A DNA stretch of 64,000 nucleotides from an uncultured delta proteobacterium (GCA_963793865.1 CAWCBP010000004.1:224001-288000); one strand, 5' to 3'; counted from the stretch's first letter, positions 22,605 to 33,919 are shown. Made by a program: numbers and translations. Notes: a model not told the origin generated them from the sequence alone.

Positions 22605-23168
22605 ATGGTAAGCAAATCAGAAAAAGAGAGCGGCGCCATCATCGTGGTTGCTGTTTTTGTCACCCTGGCACTGACAGTGCTCGGGGCCCTTGCCAGCATG
22701 CTCACCGATGTGGAGCTGGACATCGCCCGCAATGACCGTTTCGGCAAGGAGGCCTTTTTCGTTACCGATGCCGGCATTCCACTTGCCAGCCGGGTGGTGC
22801 GGGATATAGCCATGAATGAAGTGATCAACACCTCGGATTACCCGGGCATAACGCTGGATACTAATTTAATAAATGAGGTGAGGAATTACTACGAGGGCAA
22901 CGCAAGCTTAAATGACAAGCCCACTGACACCTCCACCTACCATCCCGACCTGGTGACCTCGGTTCTGGAAAGAAACGTGGGCGTTGACATCGACTGGAGG
23001 GTAAAAAAAGTCGGACCCGGCGGCTCGCTGCTGTTCGCCATGGGCTATGAAGGCATCGGCGCGGACCGCAGCCATGGAGGGGTAAAATTCTACTATGACG
23101 TCAAATCAACCGGCTATGCCCCGGGCAACGTTGCCGCGCGCATCAGCGCTGTGTATCTCTATCAGTAG
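22605..23168 (+). CDS. pilX: PilX-type minor pilin
   Basis: ESG|AIIVVA (no Glu5), ARN...EAFFVTDAGI; sits before pilY1. Confidence 0.8.
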   Translation: MVSKSEKESGAIIVVAVFVTLALTVLGALASMLTDVELDIARNDRFGKEAFFVTDAGIPLASRVVRDIAMNEVINTSDYPGITLDTNLINEVRNYYEGNASLNDKPTDTSTYHPDLVTSVLERNVGVDIDWRVKKVGPGGSLLFAMGYEGIGADRSHGGVKFYYDVKSTGYAPGNVAARISAVYLYQ

Positions 23169-23181
23169 AGGAGCTTATACC

Positions 23182-26100
23182 ATGAAAAAAACCTGGCTGG
23201 TATTTCTGTCATTTACCCTGCTTTTGCTGCCGGGTACGGCATCGGCACAAAAAAAGAAAACCACAACCACAACTTCGATAATTACTACCACTACGACATC
23301 AATTGCCATTTCGACCACCACCTCGGAAATCAGCTCGACGACCACCTCTGAAACCGGCTCGACCAGCACCATTGCAGCGAGCACAACCACCACCGCGCCG
23401 CCAAGCTCAACCTCCACCATAGCCAGCTCGACGACGACGACGGCAAGCGCCACAACCACAACCCCGTTCTCACCCGGCACACACTCCATGACGGAGTACA
23501 CCTGCTACCCCATCTTTACCGCCAACACCGTTAAGCCGAATATACTCATCCTGCTGGATAACTCCGGCAACATGAACATGATGGCCTATGGCTATGATGA
23601 GGAAGGATACTACTATCCCAATGATTACAACCCCACCATAACCTACTACGGATATTTCAACACCGCGAAAAAATATACCTATACCGGCGAGTTTGACATT
23701 AACGCGGCCGGAACCTGGGACGGCAATTTCCTGAACTGGCTCACCATGAGGCGGGTTGACATCATGCGGAAGGTGCTGGTGGGGGGACTTGCCACCTCGA
23801 GAACGGGGGGAGGCAATACCAAGCTCTTTGGTGAGGTTCCGAGTTCCGACCAGGACCATCACAAATTTTTTAAATTTGACTCCGATTCAGGGAGCTACAG
23901 CCCCTATAACGGCAACTATGTCTTTAAGATTTCAAATGGCAATATCGAGGTTTACCAGATCGACACGCCGGCCAACTTTGACCACGACGCCGACTTCAAG
24001 ATGTACTGCAATCCCTATGACGGGCACGACGCCCAGTTTGAGGATATGGAATTCAAGTATACCGGCGCTATAAACCAGGACGGGAAGTCTTATAATGTCC
24101 ATCCCCGAAAAGGGAGTGAGCTGAACGGGGCCTGTGACTATAATACCTATGATGATACCACGACACTTACCACGCTCACCTATGTCACCTCCCTTCAGAT
24201 TAATATAGACAAGTCGGCGGCAGAGGAGCCCGAATCCTTCATCGATGGAAATATTGCCGGCATCATGCAGAAGATCGATGAAAAAGCCCGCTTCGGCACC
24301 TCCTGGTTCAACAGGGATGGATCAAAATACGAACTGGGCGGGGGGGCCCTTGATGGTGCTACCATTTCCAAATACATCGGCGGAAATTTAACCGACATGA
24401 TTACCACCGTTGAGAACCAGCCCTGCGACACCTACACCCCCCTGGCGGAAGGCTTGTATGAAGATGTGAATTACTACCGGCAGGTCGATCCCGCTTACGC
24501 GCCGGGAGACTATTCGGGCCACGACCCCTTTGATTATCCCGGGACGGAGTGCGGTAACAACTTTGTTCTGATCGTCACCAGCGGCGAATCCACCATGGAC
24601 CGGAATATTCCTACGGAGCTGCAGGACTATGACGGTGATGGCAACGACGTCGACTTCACCGATTATCCAGCATACGGGTCTGATTACCTGGATGATGTGG
24701 CCCTCTGGGCAAATACCAATGATATGCGGCCCGATATAGACGGCTTCAATAATGTCATCACCTATGTAGTCTTTGCCTTTGGTGAGAACTCCACGCAGCT
24801 TATCGATACGGCCAAGAACGGAGGGTTTATCGACAAGAACAGCAATAAGCGCCCCGACCTCGACTCGGAGTGGGACGCCAACAACGACGGCTTGCCCGAC
24901 AACTACTTTGAGGCATCACAGGGAAGTAATCTGGAGGCGAAGATCCTGGAGGCAATCACCGCCATGCTGCAGCGCGCGGCCTCAGGCACGGCGGTTTCGC
25001 TTCTATCAACCTCGGCGGAAGGCGAAGGCTCTCTCTTCCAGGCCTTCTTCAAGCCGCGGTTCTTTGACAACATGAGGCTGATCAAGTGGGTGGGATACCT
25101 CAACTCCCTCTGGGTTGACCCCTACGGAAACATGCGCGAAGACACGGACCATGATAACGCCATGGTCTATAAAGAAGATACCATCATCAAATTCGACATC
25201 GACTCCGCGACCGGGGACACGGCCATCAAGCGCTATCGCGACAGCGACGGCGACGGCAGGGCGGACGTAACCGCGCCCGCGACCGAGCCCGTTCCCTTCG
25301 AAACCGCGCCCATGGAAGAAATAGAACCCCAGTGGGAGGCGGGAAAAATACTGGCCCAGCGCTCTGCCTCAACCAGGACCATCAAGACCTGGATCGATCC
25401 CAACGGCAACGGCGAGGTGGACGGCGGGGAGGTAATAGATTTTACTTCCGCCAATGCCGACAAGCTCCGTCCCTTCCTGGACGTGGATACGGTTGACGAA
25501 GCGGAAGACCTGATCAACTTTATCCGGGGTGAAGAGGTAGCAGGACACCGGGACAGGAATGTAACCATCAATGGAACCGAGTATGTCTGGAAGCTGGGCG
25601 ATATCGTCTATTCCACTCCCACGGTGGTGGGAAAGCCCATGGAGATGTACAACCTCTATTACAGCGACGTCAGCTATTCGGAGTACTATGCCCTCTGGAA
25701 AAACAGGGGCGTCACGGTGTATGTGGGCGCCAATGACGGCATGCTCCACGCCTTCAAGGCGGGTACGTTCCATGAGGGAGACAACCCCTCAACCCTGGAT
25801 GAGGAGCATGGCTGGTATACATCCAGCGAGGATCCGGCTACGTCGGGAGACCTCGGCGATGAGCGCTGGGCCTTTATCCCATTTAACCTCCTTCCCCACC
25901 TCAGGTGGCTCCGTGAACCTGAATACACCCATGTCTACTATGTTGACTTGAAGCCAAAGGTCACCGACGTGCGCATATTCAATGATGACAGCAACCATCC
26001 CAATGGCTGGGGCACCATCCTCATCGGCGGCATGCGGCTGGGCGGCGGAGAGTACACGCTTTCAGAAGACTTCGATGGGGACGGCACCGTCGAGCCGGTT

Positions 26101-27293
26101 GAAGGAAGCCCCGGCAAGCCGCTTCCCTGGGCCTTCCGCTCCGCGTATTTCGTGCTCGACATAACCGTGCCCAACAACCCGGTCTTCCTGGGAGAATTTA
26201 CGGACGACGATCTCAACTTCACCACCTCCTATCCCGCCATCTCCAGGCTGGAGGCCAGCAAGGGATTTCAGAATCCCGAGGATGACGAATGGTACGTCAT
26301 AGTGGGGTCCGGCCCACCAGCTGCGATGGTGCCGGCGCCGCGAACGGCTATCTCATGGTGTACGACCTCAACACCATGCAGCAGGTCCAAAAAACAGCAA
26401 CTGCTGAGGGTGACGCATTCCTGGCCGATCCCATAACCATTGACATTAACCTCAATTACAACACAGAGGTTATGTACATAGGGGAAACGTATGACGCCGG
26501 CACACTGGGAAAGATGTACCGTTTAAGCCCCTGCAACAGTGATGACCCGGCGGTTTTCTCCTACAAGCACAATCCGGCGGTAGACCCCTGGCCCATGACC
26601 AGCCTGTTCAGCTCGCCCCGGCCCATTACCGCCTCCCCGACTGCCTCCCTCGATGAGGATGAAAACGTGTGGGTGTACTTCGGTACCGGGAAATACATAA
26701 GCGAGGCTGACAAGTCGGACACGTCCCAGCAGTATTTCTTCGGCATCAAGGACCCCTGCCAGTGGGGTAATTGCGACCCGGTTGCCGACGAGATACAGAT
26801 GGCCGATCTCTACAATTCCACCAACATCCACGTGCTCACCAACAAGGAAGTTCAGGGCGCAGCCTCGACCACCTGGGATGAATTCGTGGAAGAGGTTCAG
26901 GCCACGGACGGATGGTATTACACCCTGGCTGCCGGCGGAGAGCGGGTGCTTAACCGGCCGAGCATCCTGGGAGGCGTGGTCCTGACCGCCCCCTTCATTC
27001 CTGATAACGACATCTGCGGCTTTGGCGGTACCGGTTCGCTTTATGCCTTCTATTTCGAAACCGGCTCTGCCTACTATGAACCCATCCTGGGGACTCAGAC
27101 CTCCGGGGATGATGAGGAGAGCATCGTACGGGTTGAGCTGGATAAAGGCATAACCTCGGCGATCGGTCTCCACGTGGGTAAGAAAGTTGAAAGCACCGGC
27201 TTCATCCAGCAGGGCAGCGGCGAGGTCATCCAGGTTGAGGTGGATCCCGCCCTCGACGTAAAGAGCGGCCTTGTGGGATGGCAACAGTACTAA
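23182..27293 (+). CDS. pilY1: PilY1/PilC-type pilus adhesin; frameshift near 26313
   Basis: KPNILILLDNSGNM, TPLAEGLYE, WKLGDIVYSTP, YVGANDGMLHAF, ERWAFIP, YYVD, VYFGTGKY, GWY. Confidence 0.88.
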
Positions 27294-27306
27294 AAAGGAG
27301 AGCACG

Positions 27307-27678
27307 ATGATGAAACGAATACTGCTGGCGGTAATTGTCATGGGCATGATCTGCGGAATAGGCAGCGCGGCAGACCGTTCTGATAACAGCTCATTCACCG
27401 GCCTGGTAAAAGACGCCCTTGACGCCCTCATGGATACAGATGCACTGGTATTGGATGAAAAGGGAGAGGATGAGGACTATTTTCTCTTCTGCTCAAGGAG
27501 GCTTGACGTCACCTCGAGCACCATCATTAAGAATGAGTGGGGGCGGGTGATTTCATATGACCGTGTTCCCATACCCTGCCAGGCCATGGTGAGCTATTAC
27601 AAGAAACCGAAGACTCAGTACCGCTACGTCGCCTTGACCATTCAGGTGCTGGGAGAGCCGCAGCCACATCCCGAGTAA
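27307..27678 (+). CDS. small secreted hypothetical protein (last gene of the pil operon)
   Basis: AAGGAG RBS, signal peptide, terminator downstream. Confidence 0.7.
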   Translation: MMKRILLAVIVMGMICGIGSAADRSDNSSFTGLVKDALDALMDTDALVLDEKGEDEDYFLFCSRRLDVTSSTIIKNEWGRVISYDRVPIPCQAMVSYYKKPKTQYRYVALTIQVLGEPQPHPE

Positions 27679-27708
27679 CCATAAAGGGCGATTCTCTGAA
27701 TTCTTTGG

Positions 27709-27738
27709 AGGCAGGGCCTTATCAGGTCCTGCCTTTTT
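27709..27738 (+). terminator. intrinsic terminator
   Basis: AGGCAGGGCCT / AGGTCCTGCCT stem then TTTT. Confidence 0.7.
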
Positions 27739-27771
27739 CATACAAGAAAAGCCAGATTCTTCGCTTTTCTG

Positions 27772-28022
27772 TGTCATCCCCGCGGAAGCGGGGATCCAGT
27801 CTGTTATCCACACTGTAGGGGCGACCGGCTGGTCGCCTCTACGTTTGCACGGCCTGCCTTTGCTTCTTTAAAATATAAAGTATTATCCCCGCCTTTCCGA
27901 TAAAGATACCTGTAGAAGAACGTTCCATCATACCGCCATTCCCCTCGGGAACTACTAAGACATTTGGTGTTCAGTAGGAGCGCATTCATGCGCGATGACT
28001 TCGCGGCTCAAGCCGCTCCTAC
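27772..28022. repeat. cluster of REP-like palindromes
   Basis: TGTCATCCCCGCGGAAGCGGGGATCCAG; GTAGGGGCGACCGGCTGGTCGCCTCTAC; GTAGGAGCGCATTCATGCGCGAT...AGCCGCTCCTAC. Confidence 0.8.
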
Positions 28023-28068
28023 CGCTCATAGTTGCATTTAAGAATCCACACAGTCTTATGTTCGGTAC

Positions 28069-30171
28069 ATGCAAACACCATCCCTGATCGAAATAAAAGA
28101 ACAGACATCCGCTGATGTCAGGCTGCTGAGCAACGCCATTACCGCGCTCAACATCTCTCGGCACAAGGCAGGGATGTACCCGCAGGGGCATCCGGCAATA
28201 GAAACATCACTGCGGAGGGCATTTGACGCCTTGCAGAAGCTTTTCGAGGAGAAAGGGAACATCACCCTGGCAGCGGCGAAAGATCTCCTTTTTGCCGATG
28301 ATTGCCCGCTTGATAAAAACAACCCTGCCTACAGGGAGTTTGCCCTCTGCCTGAGCAACAGAAGTATCGCCCTGGTAATCCTGGCCGACGGTCTGACCGC
28401 GCAGGAACTTTACGCCTTTCATCGCTTCCTCGCCGCGGACCCGGGAGAGGCCTCGCCCGCGGAGATGGAGGAGGAATTTAAAAACTGCGGCCTGTCCCAT
28501 ATCAAAGCGGAATTCATTGACTACGAGGTCTTCTCATTCACTGAGGGGAAAGCTGAAGAGGACAAGCCCAGGCAGGGCCTTTGGACACTGCATGTGCAGG
28601 AATTGTTCAAAGGAACCTCACGCCCGGAAAGCCGCAGGGTTATTCGATCCATCCCCCCGGAAGACCTTTCCTGCCTGATCAATGAAACCGATAATGCCCA
28701 GCTCACAGACGACGCCTGTGACCGGGTTATGGCATCGTACCTCTCGCCGTCTTTAGAAAAGGCATCCTGGGTCACGGATCTCAACAAGCTGATTAAATTT
28801 ATCAACCGGCTGCGCCCCGAGCTGAAAGAGCAGCTTCTCTCCTCTTCCCTGCGCGCCTTACCGGGGGACATAAACCCCGGTGACGAAATACCCGGGGCGT
28901 TTGATGTGGACGAAGCTATTGCCCTGCTCGATTCCATTAATGAAAACCAGATTGCCATACCCGAAGCCATCAAAAATCTTATTGAAAAATTTTCAACCCT
29001 TTCAACCGCTGGGCTTGAAGGGCGCATGTCCAACAGCGAGCTTATCATTGACGACATACCCCTTCCCTATGAAATTACCCCCATGTCGGCTGAAGACGAG
29101 TTCAGGAAATTTGTCACCGACACCTACACCCGGGAGCTGGAGGCGCTGCGCGCCTGTGACGCCGGAGACAGCAAGGCATCGTCAGCGGAGCAGCAGGATC
29201 AGGACTGGGACGAGGAAACATTCGAGAGGGACTTTAACCAGATACTCCTGGAGCTCATCTCCTTCGGCCGGGAAGACTTCATCAACCAGCAGGATTATGA
29301 ATATTTCAAGAGTCTCCTCAAGGAGCAGGTGGAGCACTTTATCGGGACCGGGCAGTATGCCCAGGTTATAAAAATCCTGAGCATTGCGCGTCCGGAAGCG
29401 GGTAACGCCGGCTCTGAGCTTTCGGACCTGAACGTTGTAACACCGGAAACTGCCGGCGCCCTGGTTGACTCGTTCCGGATCGTGGGGGGGCAGCACCGGG
29501 AGGACGCGCTGCGGCTGTGCAGGCTTTTCGGGAACAGGATCGTTCCGCCGCTCATGGAGGCGATTATCAGCGAGAGTTCACGAAAAACCAGAAAGTTTCT
29601 CCTGGACCTGGCAGTGCATATAGCCGACGAGGCTGTCCCTGAAGCAATACGGCACCTCAGCGACACCCGGTGGTACGTAAAGCGGAACATGCTGTTTATT
29701 CTGAGCGAGTCCGGCAGCAGGGAAGCGATCTCCACTGTCAAGCCTTATTGCTACAATGACAACCTCAGGGTCTGTTTTTACGCCGTGAAATACCTCCTCA
29801 GGGCGGAAATGAGCTGCGGCCTTGAAGCGCTCACGCATCACATCCGTTCACAGGCGGAAGATAAAGTGGAAATGGCGCTGCGCCTGGCGACCACGCTCGG
29901 CATTACCGAGATTGTTCCGGAACTGATCGCCCAGCTCAGGTCAATGGACAAAAGCGTGGCCGACCTGGATAAAAAGATTGCCATCGTCAGGGCCCTCGGC
30001 CAGATGGGGGATCCGCGGGCCCTTAATACCCTCAAGGCCATCCTTCACACCAGAAGCCTTTTTTTCAGGGATCCGCTCAAGAGATTGAAGGAAGAGGTGG
30101 CGCGAACGCTTAAGAACTACCCGCCCCAAGACGTCGGTATGATGATAAGCTCATTCCTGGAAAGAAGCTGA
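28069..30171 (+). CDS. HEAT-repeat protein
   Basis: LSDTRWYVKRN, IVRALGQMGDPRALNTL helical repeats; N-terminal YPQGHP. Confidence 0.75.
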   Translation: MQTPSLIEIKEQTSADVRLLSNAITALNISRHKAGMYPQGHPAIETSLRRAFDALQKLFEEKGNITLAAAKDLLFADDCPLDKNNPAYREFALCLSNRSIALVILADGLTAQELYAFHRFLAADPGEASPAEMEEEFKNCGLSHIKAEFIDYEVFSFTEGKAEEDKPRQGLWTLHVQELFKGTSRPESRRVIRSIPPEDLSCLINETDNAQLTDDACDRVMASYLSPSLEKASWVTDLNKLIKFINRLRPELKEQLLSSSLRALPGDINPGDEIPGAFDVDEAIALLDSINENQIAIPEAIKNLIEKFSTLSTAGLEGRMSNSELIIDDIPLPYEITPMSAEDEFRKFVTDTYTRELEALRACDAGDSKASSAEQQDQDWDEETFERDFNQILLELISFGREDFINQQDYEYFKSLLKEQVEHFIGTGQYAQVIKILSIARPEAGNAGSELSDLNVVTPETAGALVDSFRIVGGQHREDALRLCRLFGNRIVPPLMEAIISESSRKTRKFLLDLAVHIADEAVPEAIRHLSDTRWYVKRNMLFILSESGSREAISTVKPYCYNDNLRVCFYAVKYLLRAEMSCGLEALTHHIRSQAEDKVEMALRLATTLGITEIVPELIAQLRSMDKSVADLDKKIAIVRALGQMGDPRALNTLKAILHTRSLFFRDPLKRLKEEVARTLKNYPPQDVGMMISSFLERS

Positions 30172-30189
30172 TCAAGAGGAGCGCGTACA

Positions 30190-31326
30190 TTGGAAATTGA
30201 AACCGGGAAGCTGCCCGGCCGGGCAAAAAAATTTGTCACCGCCCTGAATATCGCCATCGCAAACTGCCAGCTCTATTCGAGGGAGCACGCCCTGATTGAA
30301 GAGTCCGGCGGGCGGACCTTTTCCATCCTCAGCGAATTGCTGGGTGACCCGGTGGAAATGATGGTAATAGACGAAGAGCTGGTTGTCAACAAGGTGCCCA
30401 TGAGAGATGCGGGCGTGCAGTCCAATAATCTGGTAAGGCGCTTCGCCAGAAAGGGCATCTCCCGGGTTGACTTCCTGTCGGGCATAACCCCCGCCGAATT
30501 CAACCATTTTATCAGTGACCTCTCACAGCCTGACAGCTCCGTCAGCGCCTACCCTCACATCAGGACCGGGCTGGTTGAGGTCGGAACCGGCAGGTTAAAA
30601 ACAGAGGACCCGGTCACGCTGAGCAATCTGCCGCAATTCAGGGAATTGCAGATTGAGCAGCTCAGGGTTGCCTATAAGAATCTCACCCCTTCGAAGCAGC
30701 TCAAAATGGGCGAGCTCGAGAACATGGTGGCACGGTTTGTGGCAACCATCGGCCGGGAGATAGGCATTCTCAAGCTGCTGAGTCCGGTCAAGTCCTACAG
30801 CAATTATACCTATGTTCACTCTATCAACGTTTCAATTCTCTCTATTTTTCAGGCCGAGTCGCTGGGCATGTCCGGCAAAATGCTCCACGACATCGGCCTG
30901 GCCGCACTGCTGCACGACGTGGGCAAGCTGTTTATCCCCCGGGAAATACTTGAGAAGAAAGGAACGCTTGACGAAAGCGAGTTTACGGCCATGAGCAACC
31001 ATCCCGCTTACGGCACCGCTTACCTTGCCAGGATCAACGGACTTGCCAGAATAGCCCCCATCGTGGCCTTTGAACATCACCGGAAGTATGACGGCACGGG
31101 ATACCCGAAGCTGAAGATGGGCGCAAAACAGCAGCACCCGGGAAGCCAGATCGTGGCCATCGCCGATGTCTTTGATGCCCTGCGCAGCTGGAGGCCCTAC
31201 CGGAAAAGCCTGGAGATGAATGAAGTGCTGGCAATCATGAAAAAGGGGGCGGGAACGGACTTTAACCCTCTCCTGGTCGATAATTTCATCAGCGCTTTCA
31301 TGAAGGCCACAAAAAGGGAAGGATAG
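30190..31326 (+). CDS. HD-GYP cyclic-dinucleotide phosphodiesterase
   Basis: YVHSINV, LLHDVGK, EHHRKYDGTGYP, IADVFDALRSWRPYR. Confidence 0.9.
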   Translation: MEIETGKLPGRAKKFVTALNIAIANCQLYSREHALIEESGGRTFSILSELLGDPVEMMVIDEELVVNKVPMRDAGVQSNNLVRRFARKGISRVDFLSGITPAEFNHFISDLSQPDSSVSAYPHIRTGLVEVGTGRLKTEDPVTLSNLPQFRELQIEQLRVAYKNLTPSKQLKMGELENMVARFVATIGREIGILKLLSPVKSYSNYTYVHSINVSILSIFQAESLGMSGKMLHDIGLAALLHDVGKLFIPREILEKKGTLDESEFTAMSNHPAYGTAYLARINGLARIAPIVAFEHHRKYDGTGYPKLKMGAKQQHPGSQIVAIADVFDALRSWRPYRKSLEMNEVLAIMKKGAGTDFNPLLVDNFISAFMKATKREG

Positions 31327-31452
31327 CTCAAGGATTGCACCCTGGCGAAAAAGCAGAACGGGGCAAAAAGGCCGGGCCTTGTCAGGCCTCGGTGCTCTTT
31401 GCCCCGTTCGGGGTACAATCTTGATTTTTCTTACAGCAGAAGCGTTAGAACC

Positions 31453-31710
31453 TTACTCCGAATCTTTTGAGAAATCTCCGGAGCCGAAGTGGTCGACATG
31501 ATGCTTCATACCGATAATGTGAATCTGCCTGGTCCCGTCCTTGCGTGAAATACCCAAAATGGATTCATCGTTGACAGGGATAAAATTCTCATTGTCCCCT
31601 TCAAAATATTTCATTTCCGTCTGACCTTCCTTGACGAAATAGCTGCTGACCTTCACGTCGTAGTCATCCGGAACCGACTTCAGATGCTCCTTTAATTCTT
31701 TCAGTTTCAT
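31453..31710 (-). CDS. hypothetical protein
   Basis: 85-aa ORF with GGAGG RBS. Confidence 0.6.
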   Translation of the reverse strand: MKLKELKEHLKSVPDDYDVKVSSYFVKEGQTEMKYFEGDNENFIPVNDESILGISRKDGTRQIHIIGMKHHVDHFGSGDFSKDSE

Positions 31711-31875
31711 AGCCGCCTCCTGTGAATTATTATTTTAATATCCTTTGCATATACGAAACAATGTAACATTGTCAATCAAAATAAGCGCCGGCACGATGCC
31801 TTTGCCGGAGTCCTACTATCATTTTCATAAGTTTAACCCTCATTGCTCAATCCGTATCAGTAATAGGATTTGTTA

Positions 31876-31904
31876 TTGACAAATGGTTGACTGCGGGGTA
31901 TATT
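31876..31904 (+). promoter_or_regulatory. sigma70-type promoter
   Basis: TTGACA-N17-TATATT upstream of the start at 31953. Confidence 0.6.
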
Positions 31905-31952
31905 CCCCATCCAATTCGAAAGCGGGTTTCCATACATCTCAGGAGGGCAATT

Positions 31953-32393
31953 ATGGCAAAGGATGATTTGAAGAAAAAGGTGGCGGAATTAATCAGAAGC
32001 AACCGGTACTCGAAGCTTATTACCTTTGGAACGGACGGGGCGCCCCACGGGAGGATCATGACCAATCTCCCCCTTGGAAACGATATGGTCATCTGGTTCG
32101 CCACAGGATTAAGCACCAGCAAAATAAAGGACATTAAAAAGAATCCCACCGTGAGCGTTTTTGTCGATGATCCCAATGATCAGAGAAACGCATCCATCAT
32201 CGGGAAGGCGGAGATCGTCACCGACGGCAAGCTCCGCAAAAAATTCTGGCAGGAGGCATTCGGCTTCTTCTTCCCGGGCGGCCCGACTGATCCCGACTAT
32301 TGCCTGCTCAAGATTACCCCGAAAAAGGTTGAGTATCTCGATCCCGGACTGACGTTCTATCAAACCCGCGTGCGCACGATCATTACCATGTAA
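31953..32393 (+). CDS. pyridoxamine 5'-phosphate oxidase-like FMN-binding protein
   Basis: GAPHGRIM, IWFATGLSTSKIKDIKKNPTV, GPTDPDYCLLKITP. Confidence 0.8.
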   Translation: MAKDDLKKKVAELIRSNRYSKLITFGTDGAPHGRIMTNLPLGNDMVIWFATGLSTSKIKDIKKNPTVSVFVDDPNDQRNASIIGKAEIVTDGKLRKKFWQEAFGFFFPGGPTDPDYCLLKITPKKVEYLDPGLTFYQTRVRTIITM

Positions 32394-32536
32394 CTGCGCC
32401 CCGGCTGCAAAAGAGCAGAATATCGCGATCCTCAAAGGCAAGGCCGGAAACGGCCTTGCCTTTGCTTTTTTATTAAACCCCCATTCCCAGGCGGGCGCCA
32501 CAAAAAATAAAAATTCGAGTTACAAATGAGTTATGT

Positions 32537-32797
32537 CCCCCTCACCCCATCCCTCTCCCCGGGAGAGACTGTGTCATAATAAGGGAGATGCCTTGTTTGT
32601 CATTCTGAACGAAGTGAAGAATCTTATAGAATCAATGTGTTTGGAAACGGAGATTCTTCGGCTGATGCCTCAGAATGACCTTATGACACATTCTCCGATG
32701 GGGAGAAGGGGCTCCATGATTTTTCCTTCTCATGAGGATATGAAACAAAGCAAATAGTCACCTCGCCCCATCGGGGGAGAGGGTTAAGGTGAGGGGG
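32537..32797. repeat. three-level nested REP/MITE-like structure
   Basis: Outer CCCCTCACCC family; 15-bp IR GAGACTGTGTCATAA / TTATGACACATTCTC; inner GTCATTCTGAAC...CTCAGAATGAC palindrome. Confidence 0.8.
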
Positions 32798-32846
32798 AAT
32801 TCTTATTCTATTTTCATGTAAAGTAGTATCGGGAGATGCGTCGGCT

Positions 32847-33470
32847 ATGAAACTATTCGCATCATTCTTCACGTTCATAATTTTCTCGGTCTTTGCAGCA
32901 CCTGCCGTCAATGCCCATGTTCCCTATATCGAGAACGAGGATTATTCGGCGGAGCATCCCTTTGTGGTGACGGATTCCATTGAAAATTCAAAGGCAATCT
33001 ACGCGTGGTTTGAGACGGGGGCGGATGTTGACGTATACGCCTTTGAAGTCAGCGAACCGGTGACGGTGTATGCGCAGGCGCTTGTCATCGCATGCCCGTC
33101 TCTGGAGGAGCTGCTGCCGTGGTTCGCGGTCGTCGGGCCCGGACTTCCGGCCGCGGATGAAGCGCTTCCCTTTGAGCTTCCGGCCGGCTGCGGGGCGGTG
33201 GTGGTGAAGAATAAAAACCCGGGAGAGGAGCGGGACACATTTTTTGAGCCGTTCAGCGCCAAAACTTATTTTGACGGCCCCGAGTTCAGCCGGGAGGTAA
33301 CCACCCCGGGTTCATGGTATGTGTACTACTGGGATCCGCACAAAATCGGCGGCGATTATGTTGCGGTGCTGGGTTTGAAAGAGTCTTTTTCAATCCCCGA
33401 CACGGTGCGCTCATTAATTAACACGGTAATAATCTGGTTCAATTTGGAACTGCACACAACCTGCCGGTGA
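32847..33470 (+). CDS. secreted hypothetical protein
   Basis: Signal peptide ending VNA-HVP; FFEPFS. Confidence 0.7.
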   Translation: MKLFASFFTFIIFSVFAAPAVNAHVPYIENEDYSAEHPFVVTDSIENSKAIYAWFETGADVDVYAFEVSEPVTVYAQALVIACPSLEELLPWFAVVGPGLPAADEALPFELPAGCGAVVVKNKNPGEERDTFFEPFSAKTYFDGPEFSREVTTPGSWYVYYWDPHKIGGDYVAVLGLKESFSIPDTVRSLINTVIIWFNLELHTTCR

Positions 33471-33520
33471 GAAAACCGGGGCAAGGAACACCGTAAGGAA
33501 TCATGGAAAGGGAATATGCC

Positions 33521-33919
33521 ATGAAGAACCTGTTCATCCTGACAGCGGTGATTGAGGCGGGAGCCGGGCTGGTGTTTTTTCTGCTGCCGTCGGTAGCCGC
33601 CGTGCTCCTGTTCGGTTCACCGCTCGACGCACCCGTCGCGTTCATGGTCACGCGCCTTACCGGAGCGGCGCTTATCACCCTGGGAGTGGCCTGCTGGCTC
33701 GCACGCCTTGACCCGGAGAGCCGCGCGGCGGCCGGCCTGGTTGCCGCCATGCTGTTCTATAACCTCGCCGCCCTTGCCATCCTGGCCTATGCCGGTTTCG
33801 GCCTGGGGCTGGTCGGCGCCACCCTGTTGCTGGGAGTTGGCCTGCACTCGGCGATGGCCGTCTGGTGCTTCAGGTGCCTGCGAATGAGGAAGGTTACAAC
33901 AGAACGTGAAGCATATTAG
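33521..33919 (+). CDS. small membrane protein (about 4 TM helices)
   Basis: Hydrophobic segments. Confidence 0.7.
   Translation: MKNLFILTAVIEAGAGLVFFLLPSVAAVLLFGSPLDAPVAFMVTRLTGAALITLGVACWLARLDPESRAAAGLVAAMLFYNLAALAILAYAGFGLGLVGATLLLGVGLHSAMAVWCFRCLRMRKVTTEREAY

Noticed and set aside
31788..31808. sigma54 promoter CGGCACGATGCCTTTGC
   Set aside because: GG to GC spacing is 12 rather than 10; reads better as a short hairpin
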